From Roseobacter sp. (GTDB lineage: Bacteria > Pseudomonadota > Alphaproteobacteria > Rhodobacterales > Rhodobacteraceae): 64,000 bases of DNA. The notes under the pieces are model-generated. The model saw nothing but the letters and a program-made list of their open reading frames with translations. It was not told the DNA's origin and searched no databases. Made by a program: the position numbers and the translations under genes. Every line of letters begins with the position of its first letter. Position 1 is the stretch's first letter. The DNA lies in contig DRFG01000092.1 of assembly GCA_011050655.1 (NCBI GenBank), positions 12,053-76,052 on the forward strand, read 5' to 3'. This document shows positions 46,670-56,357 of the stretch, piece after piece.

Positions 46670-46929
46670 CGGAGCATAAGGGCTATTACTTAGTCGAAAC
46701 TCATCAGACGACAGCCCAGCAGTCTATCGGTAACGATAACTAGGAATTATGGTGACAAGTCGCATATCGTAACTTACGAAAACCCGACAAAGTATACCTT
46801 CAGCTACGGCTAGAACAAAAAGTGAAAACATCTACGCCTTCGGATTGAAAATTTGCGCAGAGTGGGGTACATCTTGGGGTCCTGCGGCCCCGACTCACAA
46901 TATGGGCCGAAAATCATGAGGTCTCTACC

Positions 46930-47565
46930 TTGGCTGAACATGAGTACTCCGTTGTCGGTCACAGCCGATCCAAAATTGGGATGTGGATATCCTTTGCAGC
47001 TGGCCTGATCGCGGGCGGGCTAGTCGTCGGTGTCGGCCTGCTGCTTGCATTGGCAGAAGATCGTGGTCTGATAGATGTGCCTGAAATTGTCTTCTGGCCA
47101 TTGACTGGGGCCGCTGTTTTCGGTGCTCTTTTCTTGCTTTTTGACCGATCTGGATGGCGTTGGAAGGGTGTCCGTTCGGTGGTTGGCATTCCCGACATAT
47201 CAGGATCATGGGATCTAGAAGGCAAATCGTATGACCAGGATAACGAACCTCAATGGGACTGGGCGGGAAAGATCGAGATCACACAGCACTATGAGCGAAT
47301 ATTCGTTTGGCTAAAGACAGCGCAAAGCCAGTCTCATAGCGTTTCAGCGGCCATCCTGCCTGAAGGTCGCGCTGGATTCAGACTAATCTATAGCTACCGC
47401 AATCAACCAAAACCAGGTGAGGCGGAGCTTCAGGCACACATAGGTCACTGCGACCTGTTGTTCGCACCTGATCTCCAAACGGCCGAGGGATCGTATTTCA
47501 ATGGCGGCGGCCGCTTCACGCATGGAACTATGAATTTGAAAAGGAGAGCGCCGGATGCCGCTTGA
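46930..47565 (+). CDS. cap15: CBASS 2TM/beta-strand-rich effector
   Basis: Two N-terminal TM helices; FDRSGWRW..VGIPDISGSW; beta-rich C-domain (IEITQ..IFVWL, LIYSYRNQP, LQAHIG, GSYF). Overlaps a CD-NTase. Confidence 0.78.
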   Translation: MAEHEYSVVGHSRSKIGMWISFAAGLIAGGLVVGVGLLLALAEDRGLIDVPEIVFWPLTGAAVFGALFLLFDRSGWRWKGVRSVVGIPDISGSWDLEGKSYDQDNEPQWDWAGKIEITQHYERIFVWLKTAQSQSHSVSAAILPEGRAGFRLIYSYRNQPKPGEAELQAHIGHCDLLFAPDLQTAEGSYFNGGGRFTHGTMNLKRRAPDAA

Positions 47566-48667
47566 TTTTGACGAACGACTTTCGCGGCTCCGTTCGCGCC
47601 GAATGGATGACAATAACACCGTCCTCATGTCTGCCGGGTATGGCGAAGCCTATGAGAAGAGAACGGCCAACAAGGCAACGAAGTATGCTTTAGGATCGAT
47701 GCAGGAGGTCGATCCACGGTCCACGCAGATTTCGCATGAAGAAGCAGAGAAAGTTGAACGAAACCTAAGTGAAGGGCTTCGCGATGAGCATCTCTATCCG
47801 GAATTCAAACTTCAAGGTTCCGTCCCGCTTAATGTCCATATCCGAGGTGCCAGCGACGTTGATCTTCTTGTAATGGAAGGGCGTTGTTTGCGTGTGAGCC
47901 CGTGCGTAAGCAGTCTGAAATCCTACGTCGATTTCTCGGGAAATGTGAAAGACACCGTTTTAGACCTGCGGCGCAAATCAGAAATTGTCCTAGATCGACG
48001 CTTCTGGGGTGCGACTGTCGATAAAACACCCGCGAAATCCATTGCACTCAGCGATGGCGGTTTCAGACGTAAAGTAGATGTCGTTCCAGCTAACTGGCTT
48101 GACTCGGCAGACTATCAGCGGTCTCTTGATGAAGCGTCTCGCGGCGTAGAAATCGTCAACAAATACACTCTGGAGCATATTGAAAATTATCCATTTCGGT
48201 ACATTGCTGAAATTGAGGCAAAGGCGGGATTGACGAACGACGGAGCGCGTATGGGTATCAGGTTGGCCAAGAACCTCAAAAACGACTCTGATGCCGACAT
48301 CGAGCTGAGCAGCTACGATATCGGTAGCCTGATCTACCATTGCCCCAGCCACTATATTACCCACCAAGTAGCGCGCGATCTGATGGTACTGTCAGGTGTT
48401 GAACGCTGGCTTGATGAATTAAGCAAAGATCGTAGTACGGCGATTGCTCTCATGACCCCGGACAAGACCCGCAGGATTCTCGATGAGGACGCAAAGTGGA
48501 CAGGGCTGCTTCGTCTAGCCAACGATGTCACAGACTTAGCAAAAGCTGTCGAGAAGGAACTCGTCGGACCCTACTATTTCGACCATTCAGACAGAGAGAC
48601 TATCCGGAAGCATCTTAACGAGAATGCCATCCCGCTTGCACCAGAATTTGTGGGTTCGAGATTTTGA
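47555..48667 (+). CDS. cGAS/DncV-like nucleotidyltransferase (CD-NTase)
   Basis: QGSVPLNVHIRGASDVDLL (GS..DxD), KSIAL, KVDVVPANW, ENYPF, IRLAKNLK, LSSYDIGSL. Confidence 0.85.
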   Translation: MPLDFDERLSRLRSRRMDDNNTVLMSAGYGEAYEKRTANKATKYALGSMQEVDPRSTQISHEEAEKVERNLSEGLRDEHLYPEFKLQGSVPLNVHIRGASDVDLLVMEGRCLRVSPCVSSLKSYVDFSGNVKDTVLDLRRKSEIVLDRRFWGATVDKTPAKSIALSDGGFRRKVDVVPANWLDSADYQRSLDEASRGVEIVNKYTLEHIENYPFRYIAEIEAKAGLTNDGARMGIRLAKNLKNDSDADIELSSYDIGSLIYHCPSHYITHQVARDLMVLSGVERWLDELSKDRSTAIALMTPDKTRRILDEDAKWTGLLRLANDVTDLAKAVEKELVGPYYFDHSDRETIRKHLNENAIPLAPEFVGSRF

Positions 48668-48694
48668 TAAGGTGAAATAGACAGGAGCTTCTGC

Positions 48695-49357
48695 TTGCAA
48701 CAAAAATCAAAGACAGATTTTCTACGGGGCGTTCGCGAATTCAACCCAAGTGCGTATGGAAAGCCGGGTACAGCGCAGGAAGTGGCACGCTTGAAAGCCA
48801 AAATTGATGACTATGATGCACAATCTGGAGGAACCTGGAACTACGATAGCCTATACTCGACGTGCATATCCTATCTAAAAGGCATTCCCCACGAGCAGGC
48901 TGAGAAATTTCTGGAGTCTCTTGATGGTCCCGGCGAGGCCAAAGCAAAGCTGTCGATTTTCAATGCGCTGTGCAAGTCAATACCTTTTGATCGAGCGCAA
49001 CATGTTGAAGATGGTCGCAAGACGGTTTCTTTCGGTAAACGACAGGCAACTATCGCACCAGATTTTAGCTATAAGACAGATAAAGGTGTGTTTTGTGTTT
49101 TCGTCTATCCCTATAAACAACCAGCCCTTAAGCAAAACCAGCGGATGGCGATAGTCAGCACACTTGCGTCGCCACCTCATTCCGAGCCACACTTTCTCCA
49201 ACTTGTCGAATATTCCGAGGTAGCGGGACAGCGTCGCGTCGCGATTGAAACGTTTGAATTTTCTTACCGAAGCCTAGGCGACGACTTCTTACTGCACATG
49301 TCTGGTTTTTACGAAGTTCTGGATACTTCTTCGGGCACAGGCGACCTCTTCGGCTGA
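48695..49357 (+). CDS. Hypothetical protein (220 aa) downstream of the CD-NTase
   Basis: TTG start 7 nt after CAGGAG; 27-nt gap from the CD-NTase stop; soluble, no TM segment; no family recognised. Confidence 0.7.
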   Translation: MQQKSKTDFLRGVREFNPSAYGKPGTAQEVARLKAKIDDYDAQSGGTWNYDSLYSTCISYLKGIPHEQAEKFLESLDGPGEAKAKLSIFNALCKSIPFDRAQHVEDGRKTVSFGKRQATIAPDFSYKTDKGVFCVFVYPYKQPALKQNQRMAIVSTLASPPHSEPHFLQLVEYSEVAGQRRVAIETFEFSYRSLGDDFLLHMSGFYEVLDTSSGTGDLFG

Positions 49358-49427
49358 TAGTGTTGAACTCTGCTTTCCTGTTTCCATACCAGTTTACAAG
49401 AGTAAATCCGGGGCCTACTCAAACCTG

Positions 49428-52400
49428 TCAGTCTGGCATGTTCACGACAGTCACCCCCTTGATGGTGTCGCGTGCCAATTCGACCAGATGGGCGTGATGC
49501 GTGAAGAGGATTGCCTGTCCGTTCGTGCCGATCCCGGCACAAAGCCGCAAGGCCGCTCGCGCGCGCGTATCGTCAAAGGTTTCCATGATGTCGTCAAGGA
49601 TCATCGGCAGTGGGCCCGGCTCGCGGGCAAAGCTGCGATATCCAGCGAGGCGCAGCGCAAAATACAACTGACCCATTGTGCCCGTTGACATCTGTTCAAC
49701 AGGAACCGTGCTGCCGTCAGGTTGGATACCGACGAGCTTTTCGCCTTCCGCCTGGCTCCAAACATCAACTCCTTTCCACTTGGGAGCGGTCATGGTGACA
49801 AAGGCCTCTTCGACGTCGCGCAGCATGCCGCTGCGCCGCTCTGCCGCGAGTCGACGCAGCGCCCCGCGCGACGCCAGCACCCCGAACCGAGCTACAGCCG
49901 CCTGACGCGCGCCGCTCCGGAGTTCTTCTAGCAGTGTCGCCTGTTCGGTGGCGAGATCGCTGCGGTCGGCAGCCTCAAAAGCTTCGCGATACAGGCGGGC
50001 AGCCTCGCGCTGCGCGTCTCGGGCCGTATCGCGGGAGTCCTGCGCATCTTTCAACGCCTGTTCCAGCTCTGCTGCGCGTGTGGCGTCCGGCATCCGGTCC
50101 AGTTCCTCTGCAAAGAGATCGGCGTCTACACTATCACGGGCCTTCTGCCGATCGCGGTCCGCCGTTGCCTTATCTGCGCGCAGACGATCACGTTCAACCA
50201 ACTTTGCGACCCTGTCGCGCGGCGCGAGGTCTTGCCCGCCCTGCCCATTGAAGCAGCCATCTAGGTCACCGATTGCAGCTTGAAGTTCGGTCTTTGCGCG
50301 GCTTTTTAAGCTGGCGGTTTCATCGCGTCGCGATGTGGCCTCAGCTCGTTTTTCGTCAGCCCGCATGGATGCCGCCACGCGCACACGCGCACGGTCGATG
50401 ACTCGAACGGGGTCGATATCAGGCTCTTCCTCAGGATCATCCAAAATCTGATTCAGACTCTGCGCGCCATCGGCAAGGGCGGCAACCGCCTTCTCTAAGG
50501 CCTCGATCCGAGCGGAAAGCTTTTGATGCTCGCCATAAAGCTGCTGCAGGCTGCGTAGGTGCGGCAAAGCGGCTCGAATTGCCTCAAGAGAGTGATCAGG
50601 CAGAGGCAGCGCCGCAGTCAACCGGTCAAGCTTCCCCTGCGCCGTTTCGCAGTCGGTTCGGCATTCCTCCGACTTGCTGTCTAGCTTGGCTATAGTCTTC
50701 TCGCCGTCCTGCCATTTGGCCCAAGCCTTGCGATCACTATCCTCCAACGTCAATGCGCGTTGTACCTGAGTGGGTAGAGCACCTTTCGCAGGGTCAAGTC
50801 CAAGGGGCCGCGCAGCACCAATCAGCGCGTCGCGGGCCGCCTCCTGATGGGCAAGACGGGCTCTTAACGCTTCTTTCGCATTGGAATGATCGGCAGCAGC
50901 TTCGGCCGCTGCGTTCAGTGTCTGCTGGCGCGCGCTGAAGGCTGAGGGGGCCGCGTCTTCTTCCAATCCTAGTGCAAGCGCCAATCTGGAACAGCGCTCC
51001 GACAGGCGGTCACAGAGAGTGACCAGGTCGTCGTGACGCGTCTTTGCGGTTCCATGCCTTGCGTCGGCGGTCCGCTCCTGACTTTGTGCCGCGAGCAGTC
51101 GCTGCCGAGCCTCTGCGCCGGTCAGGTAATGCGCACGGGTGCCATCATCAGCATACATCGCCGCCTCGAATTGATCCGCGGTCTTGGTGGTCAGATCGCC
51201 CCGGTGCTGCTGCCATACCATGTCACGCCGACGCCGGGTCTCTTCGGTTATGACGATGTCAACAGCGTCAGGTGCAGCCTCATGCGCGGAAAGGTCGCCC
51301 CGCGCCTCGGCCAGTTCTGCCGCGCGCGCGTCGAGGTCATTGCTCGCCGACGCAAGGTCGGCGGCCAGGGCCGCCCAATTCCGACCGACTTCGTCGAGCG
51401 TTTCGCGCGTCGGAAGGCCCTCGGAGATCAGTTCTTTCCAGGACCCCGGCAGACCAGCAGTGACCTTAGTCAGACGCGCCAAAGCTTGGCTTTGATCAGT
51501 CTCTAACGCGGTAAGATCGGCCACAGTCTTCCAAAGATCGAAGGCGGCTCGCAGCGCAGTCAAGTCTTGCGGTTCAGCGGGCGCATCGCCCTGTTGGACG
51601 CGGGCTGCTTCGACGGCCTTTCGCGCGGCGTCCGCTGAAATACTAGCGGTCAAGCACTCCTGGACTGCAGCCGCGAGATGCTCAAGAACGCTTGCCTCCA
51701 AGGCAATTGTGGATGCCGGCGCATCTGGCACCTGGAGGAGCCGCAAAACGGTGTCTATTTGGCTACTGAGTTTTTCCTGATCTTCGCTGCGCCGGGCAAG
51801 ATCGGCCCGCGCAGTGCTGGCCCGCCCCATCAGCGGCGCTCCGTCGATGGTCAGTTGATCGAGCCGTTCCAACTCTGCCGTCAACAGTTGGGCCAGCATG
51901 TCGACCGGATTGTCTGCGATGATCAGATCTTGCTTGGTGATCTCTTCTTCCGCCTCCATGATCCGGATCGTTTGCGCCGCGATTTTTTCGACAAGGCCCG
52001 CCACGCGCTCTGCCGCGCCAGGAGGAAGCTCGGGGCCGTCGGGGAAATCGACCAAGGCCTCTGTCAGCTGCCCTATCTCCTCGGTCCGATCGTACCAGAC
52101 CTCTGCGGCTTTCGACGCAGCTTGTCTTTGATGGGCTTGCCGAAGCTCGGCATCGACCCCCTCAAACTCCGCCGCAGCCCGGTCCCGATCATGACGCAGG
52201 TTGCGATCTCGCTCGGTCGTCAGGCGATCAGCCCTCAGCTCGCGACCAATCTCTTTCAGGCGGTCACTGCCTGTTTTAAGAGCGTTCCCTCGACCGCGTT
52301 TCTTGTGAAATTTGTCGGCCCGCTCCGCCAACGCGTCCAGCGTTTGTGCCATGCCTGTCAGGCCAGAGAGACCCGCATGCAGGAGCTGGCCAAGGTCCCC

Positions 52401-52835
52401 TTGCGCCCCGGCGATCCGTTCTCCGCCTTCCCGCAAACCCTTTTCGTTGAGCGAAAACCGCTCCTCGTATGTATCTCGCGTCAAGCCGTGCAAAGCACCC
52501 GACAAGATCGCCTCGTTTATTGGGCGGTCATTTGCGTCCAACAGCGATTGGGACCTCTTGCTATTTCGGCGCAAAGCCAAGGCCCCGCGCCCAGGCAGGT
52601 CAAGTTCTGCTCCCACCAAAAGATCACTTCGGTCGAAACGAAAGGCATAAGGGTGCGCCCCTCCTTTGAACCCGAAGAGCAATTCCAGAAAGGCGTGATA
52701 GGCCGTGGACTTGCCCGCCTCGTTCGGACCAAAGATCACTGTCACGTCGGACACGCCTTCGTCACGCTTTGGAAAGGCAATCTCGGCGTCTTTGAAACGG
52801 CCATAGCGGATCAGGTCTAACCGGTTCAGCCTCAT
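49428..52835 (-). CDS. Rad50/SMC-like ATPase with long coiled coil (YhaN/AAA_27 type)
   Basis: Walker A GPNEAGKST; ~800 aa of heptad-rich coil; signature MSTGTMGQLYFALRL; Walker B ILDD; LFTHH. Confidence 0.85.
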   Translation of the reverse strand: MRLNRLDLIRYGRFKDAEIAFPKRDEGVSDVTVIFGPNEAGKSTAYHAFLELLFGFKGGAHPYAFRFDRSDLLVGAELDLPGRGALALRRNSKRSQSLLDANDRPINEAILSGALHGLTRDTYEERFSLNEKGLREGGERIAGAQGDLGQLLHAGLSGLTGMAQTLDALAERADKFHKKRGRGNALKTGSDRLKEIGRELRADRLTTERDRNLRHDRDRAAAEFEGVDAELRQAHQRQAASKAAEVWYDRTEEIGQLTEALVDFPDGPELPPGAAERVAGLVEKIAAQTIRIMEAEEEITKQDLIIADNPVDMLAQLLTAELERLDQLTIDGAPLMGRASTARADLARRSEDQEKLSSQIDTVLRLLQVPDAPASTIALEASVLEHLAAAVQECLTASISADAARKAVEAARVQQGDAPAEPQDLTALRAAFDLWKTVADLTALETDQSQALARLTKVTAGLPGSWKELISEGLPTRETLDEVGRNWAALAADLASASNDLDARAAELAEARGDLSAHEAAPDAVDIVITEETRRRRDMVWQQHRGDLTTKTADQFEAAMYADDGTRAHYLTGAEARQRLLAAQSQERTADARHGTAKTRHDDLVTLCDRLSERCSRLALALGLEEDAAPSAFSARQQTLNAAAEAAADHSNAKEALRARLAHQEAARDALIGAARPLGLDPAKGALPTQVQRALTLEDSDRKAWAKWQDGEKTIAKLDSKSEECRTDCETAQGKLDRLTAALPLPDHSLEAIRAALPHLRSLQQLYGEHQKLSARIEALEKAVAALADGAQSLNQILDDPEEEPDIDPVRVIDRARVRVAASMRADEKRAEATSRRDETASLKSRAKTELQAAIGDLDGCFNGQGGQDLAPRDRVAKLVERDRLRADKATADRDRQKARDSVDADLFAEELDRMPDATRAAELEQALKDAQDSRDTARDAQREAARLYREAFEAADRSDLATEQATLLEELRSGARQAAVARFGVLASRGALRRLAAERRSGMLRDVEEAFVTMTAPKWKGVDVWSQAEGEKLVGIQPDGSTVPVEQMSTGTMGQLYFALRLAGYRSFAREPGPLPMILDDIMETFDDTRARAALRLCAGIGTNGQAILFTHHAHLVELARDTIKGVTVVNMPD

Positions 52836-54013
52836 TGCGAGGCCCCCGCGTGCAATGTCAGAGAGACTTCCGCAATCGCTTCCTCCAGAAGCGCATCCAG
52901 CCCGCCCTCATCCAACTCGTCCATGATTTCGGATGGCAGGGCGAGGCGTAATTCTTCAAGCTGTTGCAGGGCGGCCTGTCGAAAGCCTTCTTCGGCCAGT
53001 TCGTCCTGCATGAGGCGGACGAGATCGTCGGTCTCGGCACCCGGTTTGCGGGGCGGCGGGGCAGATTTGACCTTATCGAGGAATACGCGATCAATGCTAT
53101 CCAGCACCTCTGCCGCCAGTTCCGTCACCAGTTCTGTCCCATGGCGATCCGAGGTGACGTGCAGGCGCACCGCCACATCGCGTCCCGGCACTTGCGCGGA
53201 AATGAATGCGTCGCGCAAGCTGAGCAGGACCTCCTGTTGGTCAGAACAGGTTCGCAAATCCAGCGCGCATTCGGAAAAGCCAAGGTAGCCAATGGCGCGG
53301 CGTTCGAATTCCGGCGCACCCTCGCTCAGGGACACAAAGGTCACGGAGCCACCGTTGCGCTCACCAAAGTGACGCGGCTGCGGGATACCGGGCATGACCG
53401 CCAGAACCGATCCATCGAGCCGCTCAAAAGGCGCATGAATGTGCCCGAGACACCAGAGGTCGTACCCATGCGCCATCAGGTCCCGTTCGGCGCAGGGTGC
53501 GTAGGGATCATGACCCTGAGCACCGTCAAGTGAGGTATGCATCAGCCCCACGTTGCGCTTGCCCGGCACCGGTCGCGGATAATCGGGAAGGAAGCTCTTC
53601 GCCACATGGGCCGCATCGAAGGAGAGGCCATGGAAAGCCGTTCCGCCGATCTCGACCGTTGGTGCGCCCTTGTGCAGCAGATGGATGTTTGGCCCCAAAT
53701 CTCCATGCGCCTTGTGATCTAACAGCGCATCGTGGTTACCCCTGATCAGCACCGTGGGCACACCAGCTTCGGATGCACGCGCCAACTGGGCAATCAGGAA
53801 GGCGCGGGATTTCAGGTCCGGGTAACCATTGTCAAAGATGTCGCCCGCCAGAACCAACGCATCGACCTGTTCCGATATCGCCAGATCGATGATCTCGGCA
53901 AAAGTGTCGCGGCTGGCCTGTTTCAGCCGGTCGCCGAGGTCGGGGTTGCGTAACGCCACGGATCGGATGGGTGATCCCAGGTGAATATCAGCGGTAACGA
54001 GGAGGCGCATCAT
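52832..54013 (-). CDS. Mre11/SbcD-like metallophosphoesterase nuclease (YhaO type)
   Basis: TADIHLG, LAGDIFD, IRGNHD, GLMHTS, LGHIH, PGIPQPR. 4-nt overlap with the ATPase gene. Confidence 0.88.
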   Translation of the reverse strand: MMRLLVTADIHLGSPIRSVALRNPDLGDRLKQASRDTFAEIIDLAISEQVDALVLAGDIFDNGYPDLKSRAFLIAQLARASEAGVPTVLIRGNHDALLDHKAHGDLGPNIHLLHKGAPTVEIGGTAFHGLSFDAAHVAKSFLPDYPRPVPGKRNVGLMHTSLDGAQGHDPYAPCAERDLMAHGYDLWCLGHIHAPFERLDGSVLAVMPGIPQPRHFGERNGGSVTFVSLSEGAPEFERRAIGYLGFSECALDLRTCSDQQEVLLSLRDAFISAQVPGRDVAVRLHVTSDRHGTELVTELAAEVLDSIDRVFLDKVKSAPPPRKPGAETDDLVRLMQDELAEEGFRQAALQQLEELRLALPSEIMDELDEGGLDALLEEAIAEVSLTLHAGASQ

Positions 54014-54308
54014 ATTCCGTACGTATTCCCGCGAATGATGCGGCTTCTGCTTCTACATATTCCATTTAACACCTGTTTTTCGCCTTGTCGTTGTTCCTCA
54101 AAGTAGCGATCTGCTATTTGCGGCCGCTTGTTTAACGTGCAGTGGATGACCGCTCCAAATCTAAACCGCTCCTGCAGTAGCGCCCCTTCGCCGCGCTACT
54201 TCACATGATAATTCCCAGAAAACTGACTTTAGGAGCTATCGTGCCCAATGACTACAGACTCCCGAATTCACTGTTTTCATGCCCCACAAGTCAAATAACT
54301 GCAGCGGT

Positions 54309-56189
54309 TTATTCTCCAACTCCCGCGATCATTTGTGTAATGGTTGCTAGCCAACCTCTAATCTCGTTGTCCGGGTCAGTTTGAGCCAGTCTTGCAACGG
54401 TCATCTGGCTTACTGCACCACTGTTAAGTAGCCGCTTTGCTTTGCTTTCCTTCTTTCGCCTCTTTTCATCATCAAGGCTGCCCCATGGATCACCGCCATT
54501 GGCTCCGTGAACAGCTTGAGCCACCATTGAGGGTACATCATCGAAATCGGCAAACGGTCCAGGGAAGGTGATGGTAATTTGGTTTTGAGCATAAGCTTCG
54601 CAAATCGCATCGTGGTGGAGATAACTTTCAAGTTCTCGTTTTTGTGTCGCCACTGCTTGACAGCCAATGCGCGCATTGATGGCAGCTATGTGCGCTGCAT
54701 ATTTTGGATCTGCTGGGGGCTGGTTGTCCCGATCGCACATATGAAACTCGGGTCTATTAAAAGGAGCAAGGCGGGAAGCCCAAAGAGCCAAATTGCTGCC
54801 GCCGAGGGGTACGAATATCAGCTCGCCGTCCAGTTCCAATTGTTCAAGGTCTAGTACGTCTTCGCCAGCCGCATTGAGAATTCGCGAAATTCCCTTGAGG
54901 AAAGTTATGTCGTGAGGCCCTTCTACTCCAACGAATACCTTAACATTATGGTCGGGCAGTACGCCAAGAGATTTGGCGATATCCTCAGATGTGGCTGGAC
55001 TTCCCTCGATGATTTCCCGACTTCCATCATCCGCTCGCTTTATGAACCGCAGGTTATCCTCATCAAGGTATCGAGCGAGCATCGGTGTGTGTGTGGTCAC
55101 GATCACCTGCCTGCCCTCGCCGGTAGAAAGGTCTCGAAGAGCATTGAGAAGCAGCCGTTGATTTCGGGGATGTTGACTCGTTTCAGGTTCTTCGATGGCG
55201 TAGATGACTGAACTGGCGTTCTTTGCAGACGCATCTTTTTCCGCTTTCGCCCTAAAAAAATTAAGCAAGACAAGGCGCTTGACGCCACTCCCTCTTTTAT
55301 TGAGCGGTATACCCTCATCACCCGTAATGCTCGTGGAGAAAAGAGTGTCCCATTTTCTGGTGGAAACAACCGGGTTTAGTGTCTCGGCAATAGTAGGGTC
55401 CATTTCACGAAGCTTTTCAACGGTTGCCTTCGCTATTTTACTCACTTCAGATTCAACGAAGTCTTGGACCTTTTGAAGCTCCGCTTCAACAGACTTGACC
55501 GCCTCCCGAATCGCGGCTTTGAGAGGGTCCTGTGCTTCAGCATCTTGATCGGTACTTGCCCGATCCGATTTGAAGAGTGCGAAAGTTGGGAGATAGGGTT
55601 GCAATGCGGCCCAGACCTGCTTTCCTCCCTCTGCGTCCAGCGGCACAGCTACTTCAGCCTTTTTCAAGTCCGCACATGACGCCCATATAGCTGCGCGCAC
55701 AAGGGCGTTCACGCGCTTGTCAATCCCATCTAGGTCAACGCCAAGGTCAGCTGCTCGCTTCGCCAACTCAGCTTTTTTCAGCGAAAGCAGATCATCGTAA
55801 CCTTCAACTGTTGGGTGCTCAGCTAGGGCGACAATGGATGTCACACTCGGAGTACCGATGCTTCCATTGTAAGTCTTCTGAATGACCAAGTTGCCAGTTG
55901 GACCAAGCAAGTGTTCCGCCAAGAGCGTGGTTGGAAAATCGGTGTCTACAATTAACCTACTAGGAGTGCTATCGAATTCGCAGGTAATGCGCATCTGCTT
56001 CGGATCGCCCGATTTACAAGCATCGTCCTTGTCGGGTTTGGCAGACTCAAAGAAAACTGCGAGTGCGTCCATCAGCGTCGATTTTCCAACGTCGTTTCGG
56101 CCGACCAATGCAGTTAGGTTTCCAAATTGGACTGAAATGGGCGTTGAGTAGCAGCGAAAATTTTCAACAGTCAGGCCAACTAATTTCAT
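54309..56189 (-). CDS. OLD-family ABC-ATPase plus TOPRIM nuclease
   Basis: ENFRCY, GRNDVGKST, KRGSGVKR, AIEEPETSQHP, VTTHTP. TOPRIM VGVEGPHD and CDRD (DxD); RELESYL. Confidence 0.85.
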   Translation of the reverse strand: MKLVGLTVENFRCYSTPISVQFGNLTALVGRNDVGKSTLMDALAVFFESAKPDKDDACKSGDPKQMRITCEFDSTPSRLIVDTDFPTTLLAEHLLGPTGNLVIQKTYNGSIGTPSVTSIVALAEHPTVEGYDDLLSLKKAELAKRAADLGVDLDGIDKRVNALVRAAIWASCADLKKAEVAVPLDAEGGKQVWAALQPYLPTFALFKSDRASTDQDAEAQDPLKAAIREAVKSVEAELQKVQDFVESEVSKIAKATVEKLREMDPTIAETLNPVVSTRKWDTLFSTSITGDEGIPLNKRGSGVKRLVLLNFFRAKAEKDASAKNASSVIYAIEEPETSQHPRNQRLLLNALRDLSTGEGRQVIVTTHTPMLARYLDEDNLRFIKRADDGSREIIEGSPATSEDIAKSLGVLPDHNVKVFVGVEGPHDITFLKGISRILNAAGEDVLDLEQLELDGELIFVPLGGSNLALWASRLAPFNRPEFHMCDRDNQPPADPKYAAHIAAINARIGCQAVATQKRELESYLHHDAICEAYAQNQITITFPGPFADFDDVPSMVAQAVHGANGGDPWGSLDDEKRRKKESKAKRLLNSGAVSQMTVARLAQTDPDNEIRGWLATITQMIAGVGE

Positions 56190-56357
56190 TATTATCTCCA
56201 GTGATCTCGGAATGATTGCATCATTTCAACTCCAATAGTCAAAGTATTTGCACCTCACTCCTTCAGGTTGATAATTTCGTTGTCTGGCCCTAGCAAAAGC
56301 TCAGCAGTATGAATTTCAGACGTTGATACTTAGCCCCGCGAAACCAAATTGTCCGAG

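Noticed and set aside
45888-46679. 263-aa ORF overlapping the TrbM-like gene in another frame
   Set aside because: AGGAG is only 2 nt from its ATG, the translation has no recognisable features, and the alternative frame has a signal peptide and Cys motif.
54176-54200. Hairpin AGTAGCGC-N9-GCGCTACT as the terminator of the OLD gene
   Set aside because: The 8-bp stem is real but there is no U tract on the minus strand; function unsupported.
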